The notes under the pieces are model-generated. The model ran no database searches. It was not told the origin of the DNA and was given only the letters and a program-made list of their open reading frames with translations. A stretch of 41,619 nucleotides of DNA, from positions 1 to 41,619 of IMG/VR virus record IMGVR_UViG_3300030372_004873. The stretch is one strand, 5' to 3'. The translations under genes and the position numbers were made by a program. Shown here one piece after another: positions 1 through 9,398 of this stretch (positions are counted from its first letter, which is position 1; every line of letters begins with the position of its first letter). The DNA comes from a virus (Duplodnaviria; Caudoviricetes).

Positions 1-21
1 TTTTGTTTTAATACCAAACAT
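1..21 (-). CDS. 5' fragment of a gene running off the left edge (MFGIKTK...), probably structural
   Basis: ATG at 21 on the minus strand with GAGG upstream, directly after the stop of 31..495. Confidence 0.55.
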
Positions 22-30
22 TATTAACCT

Positions 31-495
31 CTAGCTTAGATTTCTGTTTTGTAAATATAATACAGTAGCAGTAGCTGCACCTGCAGATGCTGCAGAACCT
101 GATTGGTTATAAGTAGCAACGACCTGAATGTCTGAAGTTCCTATATCAATTAAGTTTCCGATTTGTGATACATCTGAAGTAGCAAGAACTCTTGCTTGAG
201 AACCAGCGGCTAATGCATCTGCATATTTATCAGCAGTTGTTCCATCTCCAAAATCAATTGTATTAGTTGTTCCTGCATCAAAAGCAGTTGTTACATCCAA
301 AGTAATTTGAAAGATTTGACTGTTTGCTGGTAAAGTTGCAATAGTAGTTGTGGTACCATCTGCAGCATAAACAATATTTGCAGATTGTGCCATTAATACA
401 AATCCAGTATTAGCAACATCAGTACCTACTGTACTTCCTGTTGTGTCTTTTAGTGTTCCGGCTTTAATTGGACCGGAAAAAGTAGTTGTGCCCAT
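31..495 (-). CDS. virion structural protein (capsid-associated/decoration-like)
   Basis: 154 aa, Thr/Ala/Gly-rich with beta-type composition; SD AGGAGG; directly downstream of the major capsid gene. Confidence 0.6.
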   Translation of the reverse strand: MGTTTFSGPIKAGTLKDTTGSTVGTDVANTGFVLMAQSANIVYAADGTTTTIATLPANSQIFQITLDVTTAFDAGTTNTIDFGDGTTADKYADALAAGSQARVLATSDVSQIGNLIDIGTSDIQVVATYNQSGSAASAGAATATVLYLQNRNLS

Positions 496-539
496 GTCAA
501 CCTCCTTTTAGTTGTCTTGTTAAGTCTTGGGTAAATTCT

Positions 540-568
540 ATTGTAAAACAAAAAAGGCGGTCTTGCAA
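540..568 (-). promoter_or_regulatory. sigma70-like promoter overlapping the capsid-gene terminator
   Basis: TTGCAA (568-563), 17-bp spacer, TACAAT (545-540). Confidence 0.45.
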
Positions 569-576
569 CCGCCTTC
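550..576 (-). terminator. intrinsic terminator after the major capsid gene
   Basis: AAGGCGGT-tgcaag-ACCGCCTT hairpin followed by a U-run on the minus strand. Confidence 0.85.
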
Positions 577-608
577 TTCGTATCTGGGAGGATCCAGTAT
601 AAATTTAA

Positions 609-1511
609 TTAACTACCTTGTGATGCATAAACACAACGAGGATCAGAGTAACCAAAGCTGTATCTCTCTCTAGCTTTGTATCTCATATTTCCTGTGTCAA
701 AGTCACCTTCCATGCCTGTAGCAAGGGCAGCTCTAACAAAGTGTTTAAATCCATTAGGACAATCTGTTTTTACGAACCATGCATCAGTATCTGTTAGATA
801 ATGGTTAACTGTGTAACCACCTGGTAGCATGCCCATATTTTTCAGAGCGTTAATGTCGTTGTCAGCAGTACCAACTCTAAGAGTAGATTCTAAAATCCTA
901 TCAGCTACAAATTGTGAATTAACAGGAATTATTAATTTCTGTCCTTTCATTGCAATTTTAAGCCCTCTTTCGTCGATAAAACCAGCAATATCAATCATCG
1001 CTTGTTCTAATGAGGTTTCGTTAATGTCGGCGTCAGTTGCTGATCTGTTAGTGAAAGTTCCACCAAGAGCAGTTGGGTGAGCTGTGTTAGCTAAAGTAAC
1101 ACCATCTCCACCAGTCACTGAAAACGCATTATTTAATACGTTAGCGCCTCTAACTTGTTTAGTATAAGCCATAGATCTTGCTAGGGCTTTTGTGTAACGA
1201 GCTGATAAACTGTCATATAAGTTGTCTTCGACAGCTTCCTCAGTTAACGCAAATGCAAGTGCAATTGTGTCATGAGTGTATCTAGCAGTGAAAGATTCAG
1301 AAGCGGTATCAAAACCAACTGCTGCTCCCTCTGCTTTTACATTAGCTTGTCCAAAACCAACCAACATAACTTCTTCTTCAAAAGCTCTATCACTTGATTC
1401 TTGCTCAAAAATTTGAGCAGCTTCGTTTTCGTAGCGTGCGTACTCCAAACCGAACAGGGCATTTAAACCAGGTTCAAGTTCTTTGGCAAGCTGTGCTCTA
1501 TTAATAGCCAT
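609..1511 (-). CDS. major capsid protein
   Basis: 300 aa; N-terminus MAINRAQLAKELEPGLNALFG and C-terminus DFDTGNMRYKARERYSFGYSDPR match a widespread marine phage capsid family; followed by a terminator. Confidence 0.9.
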   Translation of the reverse strand: MAINRAQLAKELEPGLNALFGLEYARYENEAAQIFEQESSDRAFEEEVMLVGFGQANVKAEGAAVGFDTASESFTARYTHDTIALAFALTEEAVEDNLYDSLSARYTKALARSMAYTKQVRGANVLNNAFSVTGGDGVTLANTAHPTALGGTFTNRSATDADINETSLEQAMIDIAGFIDERGLKIAMKGQKLIIPVNSQFVADRILESTLRVGTADNDINALKNMGMLPGGYTVNHYLTDTDAWFVKTDCPNGFKHFVRAALATGMEGDFDTGNMRYKARERYSFGYSDPRCVYASQGS

Positions 1512-1521
1512 ATCCTATCTC

Positions 1522-2142
1522 CTATATCCCTGAGGTTGAGTCCATATAATGAACGTTAAGTTTTACGATCGCTAATCGACCTGCTGCAGTTTTATCAACT
1601 GTGCCTTCTGCTACTGAAGCTTCATCATCGAACCCTACAATTTTTAAATTAAGAGTTGCAGAACCTGTTGCAATAGTAGCTGTTGCTAATTCACCTTTTG
1701 AATAACCACTTGAATCAGTCCCTGTAATTGCTGTTGCAAAGTTAGCATTAGCAAAAAGAGCGTTATCAGGTAGTGCTCCATCCGCATTAATAACAAATAA
1801 TGCGTTAGGATCATCGGCAACATAAGCAGTAGCTTCAGTTGAAGCTTTAACCGCTGCGTAACCAGGCCAGTATGGTGCCCACGTTGGAGTTCCATCAGTT
1901 GCAATATACTTACAACCCATGAAAACGCCTAACAAGGGGACTGTACCGCCATTAGCATTTCCTGGTAAATCTATTAATCCGCCAGCTAGAGGTATTACTG
2001 GTGTTCCAGTATAAATTTTACTTGTTGAACCAGTAGTCAAGCCATCGAAGTTAAGAGGATACGCATTAATGCCTTGGTTATTATAGTTTGATCCGGTTTT
2101 TTCGTAAGGACGAAGACCGAATGCTGCATCTATATTAGCCAT
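1522..2142 (-). CDS. capsid-associated structural protein (cement/decoration-like)
   Basis: 206 aa starting MANIDAAFGLRP, in the typical position just upstream of the capsid gene; SD AAGGAG. Confidence 0.6.
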   Translation of the reverse strand: MANIDAAFGLRPYEKTGSNYNNQGINAYPLNFDGLTTGSTSKIYTGTPVIPLAGGLIDLPGNANGGTVPLLGVFMGCKYIATDGTPTWAPYWPGYAAVKASTEATAYVADDPNALFVINADGALPDNALFANANFATAITGTDSSGYSKGELATATIATGSATLNLKIVGFDDEASVAEGTVDKTAAGRLAIVKLNVHYMDSTSGI

Positions 2143-2188
2143 AATATGTCTCCTTTAGACAAAATAGTAGTAATATAGATCTTGCTCA

Positions 2189-2656
2189 TCAAGATTTTTT
2201 ATTACCACCAAATGTTACCCGAGACTGTCTCTCTTGAGAAATTGGCATGGAGGGGTGTTCCTCTTTCATCAAGTCATTATCGACTGATTTTTGTTGATCG
2301 TTTGTTAAATCAGCAAAGTATTTATCTCTATCTTCTTTAACTTCAATCGGACACCTCATTAACATTAATCCACCAACTGCGATAACACCCTTAAATTTAC
2401 CTTCTGTTAAATGTGGTAAATCTAATCTGTCGGGATACTCACTTGCTTTCACAGGTTCATATCCTGATCTAAGTCTAGCTGTTACATTCTTATCGTCTGC
2501 ATTACCTCTAAACTCAAATCTTACCCACCGATGGTGAAAACCTTCTGGTGGTTCTGGTGCATCTAAATTAGACGGTGGAACCCAACCTCTTTTACGAGCT
2601 TTTAACTCACGGGTCTCTTGTTTGCGTGAGGTTTTTTGTTTATCAATTTTATTCAT
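2189..2656 (-). CDS. conserved head-module protein of unknown function
   Basis: 155 aa with WVPPSNLDAPEPPEGFHHRWVR and GGLMLMR motifs; lies between the scaffold and capsid genes. Confidence 0.7.
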   Translation of the reverse strand: MNKIDKQKTSRKQETRELKARKRGWVPPSNLDAPEPPEGFHHRWVRFEFRGNADDKNVTARLRSGYEPVKASEYPDRLDLPHLTEGKFKGVIAVGGLMLMRCPIEVKEDRDKYFADLTNDQQKSVDNDLMKEEHPSMPISQERQSRVTFGGNKKS

Positions 2657-2658
2657 AA

Positions 2659-3630
2659 CTACGCCTCCTTCACGTGTTTTGCGTACTCTTCGAGTGGCAC
2701 ACCCAGTTTTTTTGCAATAGCTACCTGTGAAGGTGTGAGTCTCACAGTGCGGCGTCCTGAGGACGATTTTCTGACAACCGAAGCAACTTTTTGCTTAGGC
2801 TTGTTTACATCCCCGCCATCTGAAAATTTATGGGGAAACTGTTCACGGATCCTCGAATCAATTTTATTATAATACTCATCCGAGCGAGGGTCAACCCCTT
2901 CATCCATTAAATCTTTATGTATATCATAAGCTGTGTAAGTCATAGCATTATCATTACCAAACCAAGTATTTTTTTGAGCCCATTCTTCTGCTCGAGGATC
3001 TTTAACCCTTGTAGTTTGTGGTTCAACCTGATTTATTTGGTCTTCCACATTTTCTTTTGGTTGATTTTCTAATTCTGTTTTTCTTTGAACAGCTTTAGCT
3101 TTTGATACTTTTAATCTTTCATCTTCAATTGTAAGACGAGCAATTTCTTGTTGAGCAGCTACTTGTTTCTCTACATCTTGAGCATTAACAGCAGCTTCAT
3201 ATGCCCGTTTGGCAAATTCTTTTTGATTAACTAAAGCTTTTTCTCTATCTACCAACATTGTATCATTTTGTATTATGTTAGAAGATTTTAATTTATCTGA
3301 CTCTTCTTTTATTTTTTTTGCATAAGCAATAGCGGCTTCTTCACGTCTTTCTGCTTCACGCATTTTTTTAGTAAGTTTATCAATACGTTTTTTTACACCC
3401 GCACTATATTCTTCAAGTTCGTCTTCTTTAGTTTCTTGTTTAGTTTCTTGTTTAACTTCTTCCTTAACTTCTTCAACTTCCACCACAGGAGTATCAGTAG
3501 ATACTTCTTCTTTGACAGGAGTTGTTTTTGTATCTTCCTTTAACTCGACATCAACAGCTTCACCTGAGGTATCAATAGGAACACTTTTATCTTGTTCACT
3601 TAATGCTTGTGGTTGCATAGACTTCTCCAT
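2659..3630 (-). CDS. capsid scaffolding protein (putative)
   Basis: 323 aa, acidic coiled-coil, ending in the helix-turn-helix-like LTPSQVAIAKKLGVPLEEYAK typical of scaffolds. Confidence 0.75.
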   Translation of the reverse strand: MEKSMQPQALSEQDKSVPIDTSGEAVDVELKEDTKTTPVKEEVSTDTPVVEVEEVKEEVKQETKQETKEDELEEYSAGVKKRIDKLTKKMREAERREEAAIAYAKKIKEESDKLKSSNIIQNDTMLVDREKALVNQKEFAKRAYEAAVNAQDVEKQVAAQQEIARLTIEDERLKVSKAKAVQRKTELENQPKENVEDQINQVEPQTTRVKDPRAEEWAQKNTWFGNDNAMTYTAYDIHKDLMDEGVDPRSDEYYNKIDSRIREQFPHKFSDGGDVNKPKQKVASVVRKSSSGRRTVRLTPSQVAIAKKLGVPLEEYAKHVKEA

Positions 3631-3631
3631 G

Positions 3632-4048
3632 TTAAATTAAATTAGCTGGCAAAATATCACGAGGATCATCAACAACTGCCAGTACTTCATCGTCGTTAAT
3701 TATCCTTAACTCACCACCATCAATGCTTACTCTAGAGCCTGCATATCGAGTAATGATAATCCAATCATCTTTTTTACACCAAGGACCATGAGGAAATTTT
3801 TCTTTATCGGTATAAGCATCAGGTCCTACTTTCATTACTTTACAAATATTAGTTGCAACTGAAGCTTGTTCTATAGCTTGATCTGTTAAATGAATTCCTC
3901 CTGCTGTTTTCCCTTCTAATTTTAAAGGAAATAACACAAGATGATAGCCTGTAGGTTCTGGTACTTTTTCTAATTCTTTTTTCTGAGTTTCTTTTTTCTT
4001 ACCATCCCAAATATGTTTGGGCATAATTAGTTTAGCTTCTTTAGTCAT
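3632..4048 (-). CDS. groES: GroES-like co-chaperonin
   Basis: PTGYHLVL...KTAGGIHL (mobile loop)...VMKVGP...YAG...RIINDDEVLAVV follows the Cpn10 pattern. Confidence 0.85.
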   Translation of the reverse strand: MTKEAKLIMPKHIWDGKKKETQKKELEKVPEPTGYHLVLFPLKLEGKTAGGIHLTDQAIEQASVATNICKVMKVGPDAYTDKEKFPHGPWCKKDDWIIITRYAGSRVSIDGGELRIINDDEVLAVVDDPRDILPANLI

Positions 4049-4235
4049 CGTCTAGCTCCGTTTTCTTTAGCAGGTCCGTGAGTTCCTGTTCTTCTTGTTG
4101 TAAGGCATGTAACTTACCCGTCAAATACCTATATTCATCCCAGTCTTTTACACCTAGTAATATAGCTTCTTTTACTTGGTCTTGTCTAGCTTTTAATTCT
4201 TTTTTATAATATGTAAATAAATTTTCTAACTGCAT
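4041..4235 (-). CDS. conserved hypothetical protein
   Basis: 64 aa helical hairpin with GVKDWDEYRYLTG; overlaps both neighbours. Confidence 0.7.
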   Translation of the reverse strand: MQLENLFTYYKKELKARQDQVKEAILLGVKDWDEYRYLTGKLHALQQEEQELTDLLKKTELDDD

Positions 4236-4681
4236 GCTTTCATCTGATCAGCCATATCTTGAGCTCGATTAGGGGTTTGTTTTGCCCACCGTGAGTCAAG
4301 CATCTGGACTGCTGCTTCTTCATAATTAGGTGGATCTTGCTGAAGGGCTTTCCACATATTACGAAACTTTGAAACTCCAGATTTTCCCAGCTGAAATACC
4401 ATTTCTATAATTATTATTTCTGCATCACTACTGATGTTTGCTTTTCCTCCTGAAGGACAATTATTAATAAGATCATCAGCACTTTTTATAGCTGATTCTA
4501 GATCATGCTCTAGTATGGTCATTAAAAATTTTTCTTCGTACTCTTTGTCATCTTCCCAAAAGTCTTCTACGCACAAATGCCCAACGCCCACGGTCCTCTT
4601 GCCTAGGGTATCAAGGTATACCTTGTTTCTATAACCTTCATGCTTCTTTACTGAAGCTAAAAGTTTTTCCATATCTATCAT
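4226..4681 (-). CDS. lysozyme/endolysin (T4-type, GH24)
   Basis: Catalytic pattern HEG-x5-YLDTLGKRTVGVGH, then MVFQLG and C-terminal DSRWAKQTPNRA. Confidence 0.92.
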   Translation of the reverse strand: MIDMEKLLASVKKHEGYRNKVYLDTLGKRTVGVGHLCVEDFWEDDKEYEEKFLMTILEHDLESAIKSADDLINNCPSGGKANISSDAEIIIIEMVFQLGKSGVSKFRNMWKALQQDPPNYEEAAVQMLDSRWAKQTPNRAQDMADQMKACS

Positions 4682-4866
4682 GTGTAAATTTTTGTTGTAG
4701 GTCTTTTGTTAGGTAACATTCTTCCAAATCCTTTTGGTTGAATTTCTATATACCCTCCCGTGTTCTTTTTTACAATCTTATTTCCGTGTTCTGAAGCCCA
4801 TTTTTTTGCCATTTCTGGTTTATTAGCATAAAGATATGCTCTTTGTTTTTTAGATCTAAATGGCAT
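4678..4866 (-). CDS. small basic protein (probable virion/internal protein)
   Basis: 62 aa starting MPFRSKKQRAYLYANKPEMAKKW; carries an NTGG motif. Confidence 0.7.
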   Translation of the reverse strand: MPFRSKKQRAYLYANKPEMAKKWASEHGNKIVKKNTGGYIEIQPKGFGRMLPNKRPTTKIYT

Positions 4867-4893
4867 TATGATTTCCTACTGAAAGTTTTTCTT

Positions 4894-5079
4894 TTATTTT
4901 TTAACAAGTCCGCCAGATTTTTTACCAACAATTTTTTTACCCATAGCGAGCAGTTTATGAGGCTTAATAAAAAGATCAATAGTTTTAACCAAAGGGTTAC
5001 TTGTAAAACCTCTTCTTTTTAAAAATTCACTTTCGCCTCCTAATATTTTTGAAACTGTCTTTTTCGTTTTATCATTCAT
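4894..5079 (-). CDS. small basic protein
   Basis: 61 aa; SD AAGGA; ends KKSGGLVKK. Confidence 0.6.
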   Translation of the reverse strand: MNDKTKKTVSKILGGESEFLKRRGFTSNPLVKTIDLFIKPHKLLAMGKKIVGKKSGGLVKK

Positions 5080-5091
5080 TTTCTTATCCTT

Positions 5092-5679
5092 TTATTTAAA
5101 ACCTTTAAGAGTTTTCGCTAATCGAGCCCTCTGACCAAGTTTCCCTTTTTTCTTCATTGCAGCATCAAGTTTTTTTGCAGGAATATCTTTTCCTTTTTTG
5201 ACACCTAAAGAAGCACGAAGAGCTCCTGGTTTCTTAATTGCTTTTTGAATCCATTTACCATCTTTCGCTTTAATAACAGATCCTTCTCTAGAACCTTTTG
5301 CTCGAGGTCCTGGAATAGTTGATCCTTCTCTAGAACCTCCAACACTGGCTCCTTTAATAACAGAAGTTTGTGCTGAACTTTTAGCCATTCCACCATTTTT
5401 TCTATTTATTGTAGCTCCTCTCAAAGCTTGTCCTCTTAAACCCATTCCTGTTGGATCTCCTTTAGGCTTAGTTGCAATCTGTGCTCTCATTCCAGCGGCA
5501 TTAGCAGTTCTTAAAGGGACGGTTAAATTCTTTGCTGAATTCTTTGCCATTCCGCCACTAGCTTTTTTTTGCCATCCTTGTTGCATATCTTTATAAGCTT
5601 TAGAAGAAATAGTAGAATCTTTTTTAGATCTACTTTTTCCTGCTTTACGTCTTTTATTGATATTTTCTACTAAACTCAT
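5092..5679 (-). CDS. highly basic protein (probable internal/DNA-condensing protein)
   Basis: 195 aa Lys/Gly-rich; KWIQKAIKKPGALR...GQRARLAKTL C-terminal segment; two GGMAK motifs; 18-bp direct repeat at 5279 and 5321. Confidence 0.75.
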   Translation of the reverse strand: MSLVENINKRRKAGKSRSKKDSTISSKAYKDMQQGWQKKASGGMAKNSAKNLTVPLRTANAAGMRAQIATKPKGDPTGMGLRGQALRGATINRKNGGMAKSSAQTSVIKGASVGGSREGSTIPGPRAKGSREGSVIKAKDGKWIQKAIKKPGALRASLGVKKGKDIPAKKLDAAMKKKGKLGQRARLAKTLKGFK

Positions 5680-6071
5680 TTTTTCTTAATTAAACCCATT
5701 GCACCTTTTCCAGCCTTGATGCCGAAGCTGGCTGAGCAGGCGATGTATAATAGGTGTTTATAATAATCCGGAAGTTGTTGCAAGGCAATAAACCCAGCTT
5801 CTATATGTACAGTCATTCCTGGAAAAAATACGAGCGTCGCCGGAGCCAACAGACAAATTAAAATTAGTTCGTCTTTCCACGAGCCTTTCATTTGATCTAC
5901 GGCTGATGCTTCCCACTTCACTTTCCCAGAGATCTGGTCTTGTTTTAATTTAGTAGCGGCTTTAATTTCTTGAACTTTTAATTCTGCTTTTGCTTTTTTG
6001 GTCTCGACGAAGCCACGGACAGTGTCTGCGGCAACGCCGAGTAAGGGTTTTGCTAAAAGTTGCCAGACCAT
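5676..6071 (-). CDS. holin-like membrane protein
   Basis: 131 aa; SWKDE followed by hydrophobic segments and a basic tail; close to the lysozyme gene. Confidence 0.6.
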   Translation of the reverse strand: MVWQLLAKPLLGVAADTVRGFVETKKAKAELKVQEIKAATKLKQDQISGKVKWEASAVDQMKGSWKDELILICLLAPATLVFFPGMTVHIEAGFIALQQLPDYYKHLLYIACSASFGIKAGKGAMGLIKKK

Positions 6072-6074
6072 AGT

Positions 6075-6209
6075 CTAGGCAGCTCCGCCTGTCATCCAGC
6101 TAATAACCCAAAGAACTACAATAGCCACAATAGCGGCTTTTATCCAGTCCTTCATCTTCCATTGAGACCACTCTTTAACGTGTTCCCATAAATCTTTTAA
6201 TAGATTCAT
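6075..6209 (-). CDS. small membrane protein (44 aa, absent from the ORF track)
   Basis: MNLLKDLWEHVKEWSQWKMKDWIKAAIVAIVVLWVISWMTGGAA; perfect SD AAGGAGG; one hydrophobic helix. Confidence 0.75.
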   Translation of the reverse strand: MNLLKDLWEHVKEWSQWKMKDWIKAAIVAIVVLWVISWMTGGAA

Positions 6210-6241
6210 ATAACCTCCTTGGTTTAGAGAATAGTATTATA

Positions 6242-6481
6242 TCAGTATAAACCTTTAAAAGGAACTTTTTTAATTTGAACTTTACTTCTTTGTCCTTTAG
6301 GACCAGATCCTAAATTTTCTTTTACTTTAGGTCCATCCATAGAAGCAGTATAAACATCAGCTAAAGCTTCTTTATTTTTAAATTTTCCTGCATAAGGATT
6401 CATGTCTGTTGAAACAGTCATCTTTGCGTTTGGATATTTTGAACCGTTAATATATTTTGGTTTTGGATTGTTAAGTGCCAT
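6242..6481 (-). CDS. small basic protein
   Basis: 79 aa; SD AAGGAG. Confidence 0.7.
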   Translation of the reverse strand: MALNNPKPKYINGSKYPNAKMTVSTDMNPYAGKFKNKEALADVYTASMDGPKVKENLGSGPKGQRSKVQIKKVPFKGLY

Positions 6482-6490
6482 GAGTTCTCC

Positions 6491-6709
6491 TTATATGTAT
6501 AATTTAGTTGGTTTTCTTTTTGATTTTAAATCAACACCATAGCCTCGAGAATACATTTCAGTTGTAGCTCCCGCTAAACCTCCAGTATTAAAACCTCTTT
6601 TAAGTTCTCCAATAACTCTTTTTTTCTCAGCTCTTCTGTTTTTGTTGGGTTTTTCCGCATCAATACGCCCAACTTCTTCTAATAAATTCATTCTTCCAGT
6701 ATTAGCCAT
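6491..6709 (-). CDS. small basic protein
   Basis: 72 aa; SD AGGAG; FNTGGLAG motif. Confidence 0.7.
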   Translation of the reverse strand: MANTGRMNLLEEVGRIDAEKPNKNRRAEKKRVIGELKRGFNTGGLAGATTEMYSRGYGVDLKSKRKPTKLYI

Positions 6710-6718
6710 TTTAATCTC

Positions 6719-7015
6719 CTAATGTATAGTTGGTTTAATTAACGCAACCAAATCATGAGCGTGATGACGAAGTACATTATCTGCTTCCACAGGTGCTAAC
6801 TTGTCATACAACACCATTTGTGCTACACCCATCATAGCACCAGCTAAGAGTATACTATCTTCTTCACTTTTGGAAGTTTTTTCTACAAATTCTAATAAAG
6901 TAGTAAAAAGATCTTGAAGTCTTGCTTCAGTCTTTGTTAATTTTTCTAAATTAATTGTCAAATCTAATATCCTTCTTAACATCCACCTTTCTTGGATCTT
7001 TTTTACTTTTTTCAA
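6719..7015 (-). CDS. hypothetical protein (true start probably downstream, near the portal stop)
   Basis: Helical ORF ending PTIH; the first ~18 codons overlap the portal gene. Confidence 0.6.
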   Translation of the reverse strand: MKKVKKIQERWMLRRILDLTINLEKLTKTEARLQDLFTTLLEFVEKTSKSEEDSILLAGAMMGVAQMVLYDKLAPVEADNVLRHHAHDLVALIKPTIH

Positions 7016-9398
7016 TCTCTTTTTGTTTAATTAAATTAACATTTGCTCTTAATTGAGCAATATCTTCTTGAGAATCAATTTTATCTTGGGTTAATTCTGC
7101 TGTTTGATCTAATTTTGCTTTATCTAACCCTAATTTAGCTTGATCAGCTACTGTTTTACGCTCCAAATCACCTGCTTTAAGGTTAATTTCTTGTTGTTTT
7201 AATGCAATAAGAGGGTCTTGACCTTCAGCAGCTAATATTTCTTGTTCTTCTGCTACCATTTCTTCAGTCATTAAAGCTATTTTTTCAGCTATTTGTTCTT
7301 CGATTTGTTCTTGAAGTTGAGCTTGTAAGTCTGGTGGAATTTGACCACCATAATTTGCTATTTGTTCTTCTAATGCTGGTTTCATTTCCTCTTCTACCTC
7401 TTCTCTAGCCTGTAATCCTATATGTTCAACTATATGCCCTTGTAAAATTGCCATTGTAGGGGGATTATTTTTAACTAAATAGGAAGACATAAAAGCTCTA
7501 TGAGCATCTATGTGTGCCATTTGATTTTGATTTCTAAATGCAATTAACGGAACTCCTTTTAAAGAGTTAGCATTTTCCACAGAAGGATCTAAAGGTTGTG
7601 GTTGTTCAGGCGCAGGTAAAATAACATCAATATCTTTTACTCCCAGTGCTTGATACATTCTTCTGTAAGCTTCATACATATTATGAGATTGAGGATCAGC
7701 TTGTGCTAATTGTAATTGAGTTTGTGCTAGAGTCACACGTTGTGACATAGAGAATATATTTGGATCAGATACAGGAATAATATCTATATCATCACTAAAA
7801 TCTTCTGCTTTTAAACTTGGTACCGCATTATTTCCAACTTCATAAGGATAAAAAGGTGGAAGAGACTCGGCAAATATTTTAGCTAAAAGTTTAAATTCTA
7901 TTTTTTGTGCATAATGTAATCTTTTATGAATAGCGGACATGACTCTTGCGCCACGTTCCATTAGTGCCATCGTTGTTCCAACAGGTGCATTAGCCGCAAC
8001 ACTATCACCAATTTTTTGATCAGCTATTGCCGCAAAACGAGTACCCGCTTCAACACAAAAACCTAATAATTGAAATAAAGTAGCACTTGGTTCTTTGTAA
8101 GGTAAAGGTAATAATCCTTCACGTAAACTTCCTCCAGGTGCATCTACATCCCTGAATTCTCCCGGTTGGAGTGGGTTGTCATCGTCTTTAACTCGCAACC
8201 CTCTAGCTTTAAAACCTGCAGGGAGATTGGACAGTGTACCTGCATCGAGAAGTTGTCTAAGTGCTGCAGTGGCTGTTCTTGATAATCCCCCGAGCATGTG
8301 GATAAGACCAAAGCCATAAAAACTAAACCCAGGTAAAAACTTATAGTGTACAAAATACTGTGTTTTTTTCTTTTTAGGATCATCTTCTTTATAATTACGA
8401 TAAATAGATAAAATTTGTCCTGAACCTTCATCAATGGTAACAATATAAGGAACTTTAATTCCATCTTCACTATCTATTCCTTCTATATTCAAATCTACAT
8501 GCATTTCCAACAATGAATAATTATCTTGTTGGTAGGATTTTTTTATACCCGCAATTCTATCTTCTTTTTCTTGTAATCCTGTTTCAGTCGTAGAAGCTTG
8601 TAAATCTACATCTCGATATAAACCCGCTACCTGTAATTTGCGTATTTCATTTTCTGTACGTTTAATAACATGTGTAACTCTTTCACATGATGGAAAGTCT
8701 GTTGTTTGATAAGGAACGTATAAATCATCACTAGGAATAAATTTAGAAACCGCTCTTTCTAAAGCTTCATCATAATAAACTTTTTTAAAAGCTGAACCTG
8801 ATAAAGGTAAATAAAATAATAAAGAATCTAAATCAGGATCGTACTCTTCCATGTTGTACGTAATCTGATAATTCATAAAGTCTTTGACACGCTGTGCTTG
8901 TTCTTCTTTTTGAGTGGTAATTTGTCCTAAAATTTGTGTATTAACCGGTCCACCTGCTGGTAATAATTCTTTATATGCTTGCGCTTGAAATTGTGTAATA
9001 GCTTCGGATAACATTGGATGGGTCACGGAACTCGCACCAGCAAACGGCATCGTTCTTTCTTGGTATCTGAATCCTAAAAGATCTAATCCTTTTTTATAAG
9101 TATCTTCCCATTCTTTTCTTGAAGCTTTATCTTCTTCAAAAGATTCTTTTAAATCATTAGCAATAATACCAAGTTCAGAGTCTTTTAAGACTTCTGCTAA
9201 GTTCATATCAAAAGTTGTAGGAATTTCTTCCGTTTGATCTCCAATAATAGCAGAACCATCTTCCATTAATTCTACATTAGGATCTAATCCTTCTTGAACT
9301 TGAATGTCCAAGACATTTTGTGCCATCTCTTCTTGAGTGTCTGCAAATCCTGGTGGTGGATTTGGTGTTACACCTAATATTCTTTTATCTACTGCCAT
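6951..9398 (-). CDS. portal protein (P22-like)
   Basis: 815 aa; LFYLPLSGSAFKKVYYD, FYGFGLIH, RQLLDAGTLSNLP and APVGTTMALME motifs; long C-terminal coiled-coil. Confidence 0.9.
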   Translation of the reverse strand: MAVDKRILGVTPNPPPGFADTQEEMAQNVLDIQVQEGLDPNVELMEDGSAIIGDQTEEIPTTFDMNLAEVLKDSELGIIANDLKESFEEDKASRKEWEDTYKKGLDLLGFRYQERTMPFAGASSVTHPMLSEAITQFQAQAYKELLPAGGPVNTQILGQITTQKEEQAQRVKDFMNYQITYNMEEYDPDLDSLLFYLPLSGSAFKKVYYDEALERAVSKFIPSDDLYVPYQTTDFPSCERVTHVIKRTENEIRKLQVAGLYRDVDLQASTTETGLQEKEDRIAGIKKSYQQDNYSLLEMHVDLNIEGIDSEDGIKVPYIVTIDEGSGQILSIYRNYKEDDPKKKKTQYFVHYKFLPGFSFYGFGLIHMLGGLSRTATAALRQLLDAGTLSNLPAGFKARGLRVKDDDNPLQPGEFRDVDAPGGSLREGLLPLPYKEPSATLFQLLGFCVEAGTRFAAIADQKIGDSVAANAPVGTTMALMERGARVMSAIHKRLHYAQKIEFKLLAKIFAESLPPFYPYEVGNNAVPSLKAEDFSDDIDIIPVSDPNIFSMSQRVTLAQTQLQLAQADPQSHNMYEAYRRMYQALGVKDIDVILPAPEQPQPLDPSVENANSLKGVPLIAFRNQNQMAHIDAHRAFMSSYLVKNNPPTMAILQGHIVEHIGLQAREEVEEEMKPALEEQIANYGGQIPPDLQAQLQEQIEEQIAEKIALMTEEMVAEEQEILAAEGQDPLIALKQQEINLKAGDLERKTVADQAKLGLDKAKLDQTAELTQDKIDSQEDIAQLRANVNLIKQKEIEKSKKDPRKVDVKKDIRFDN

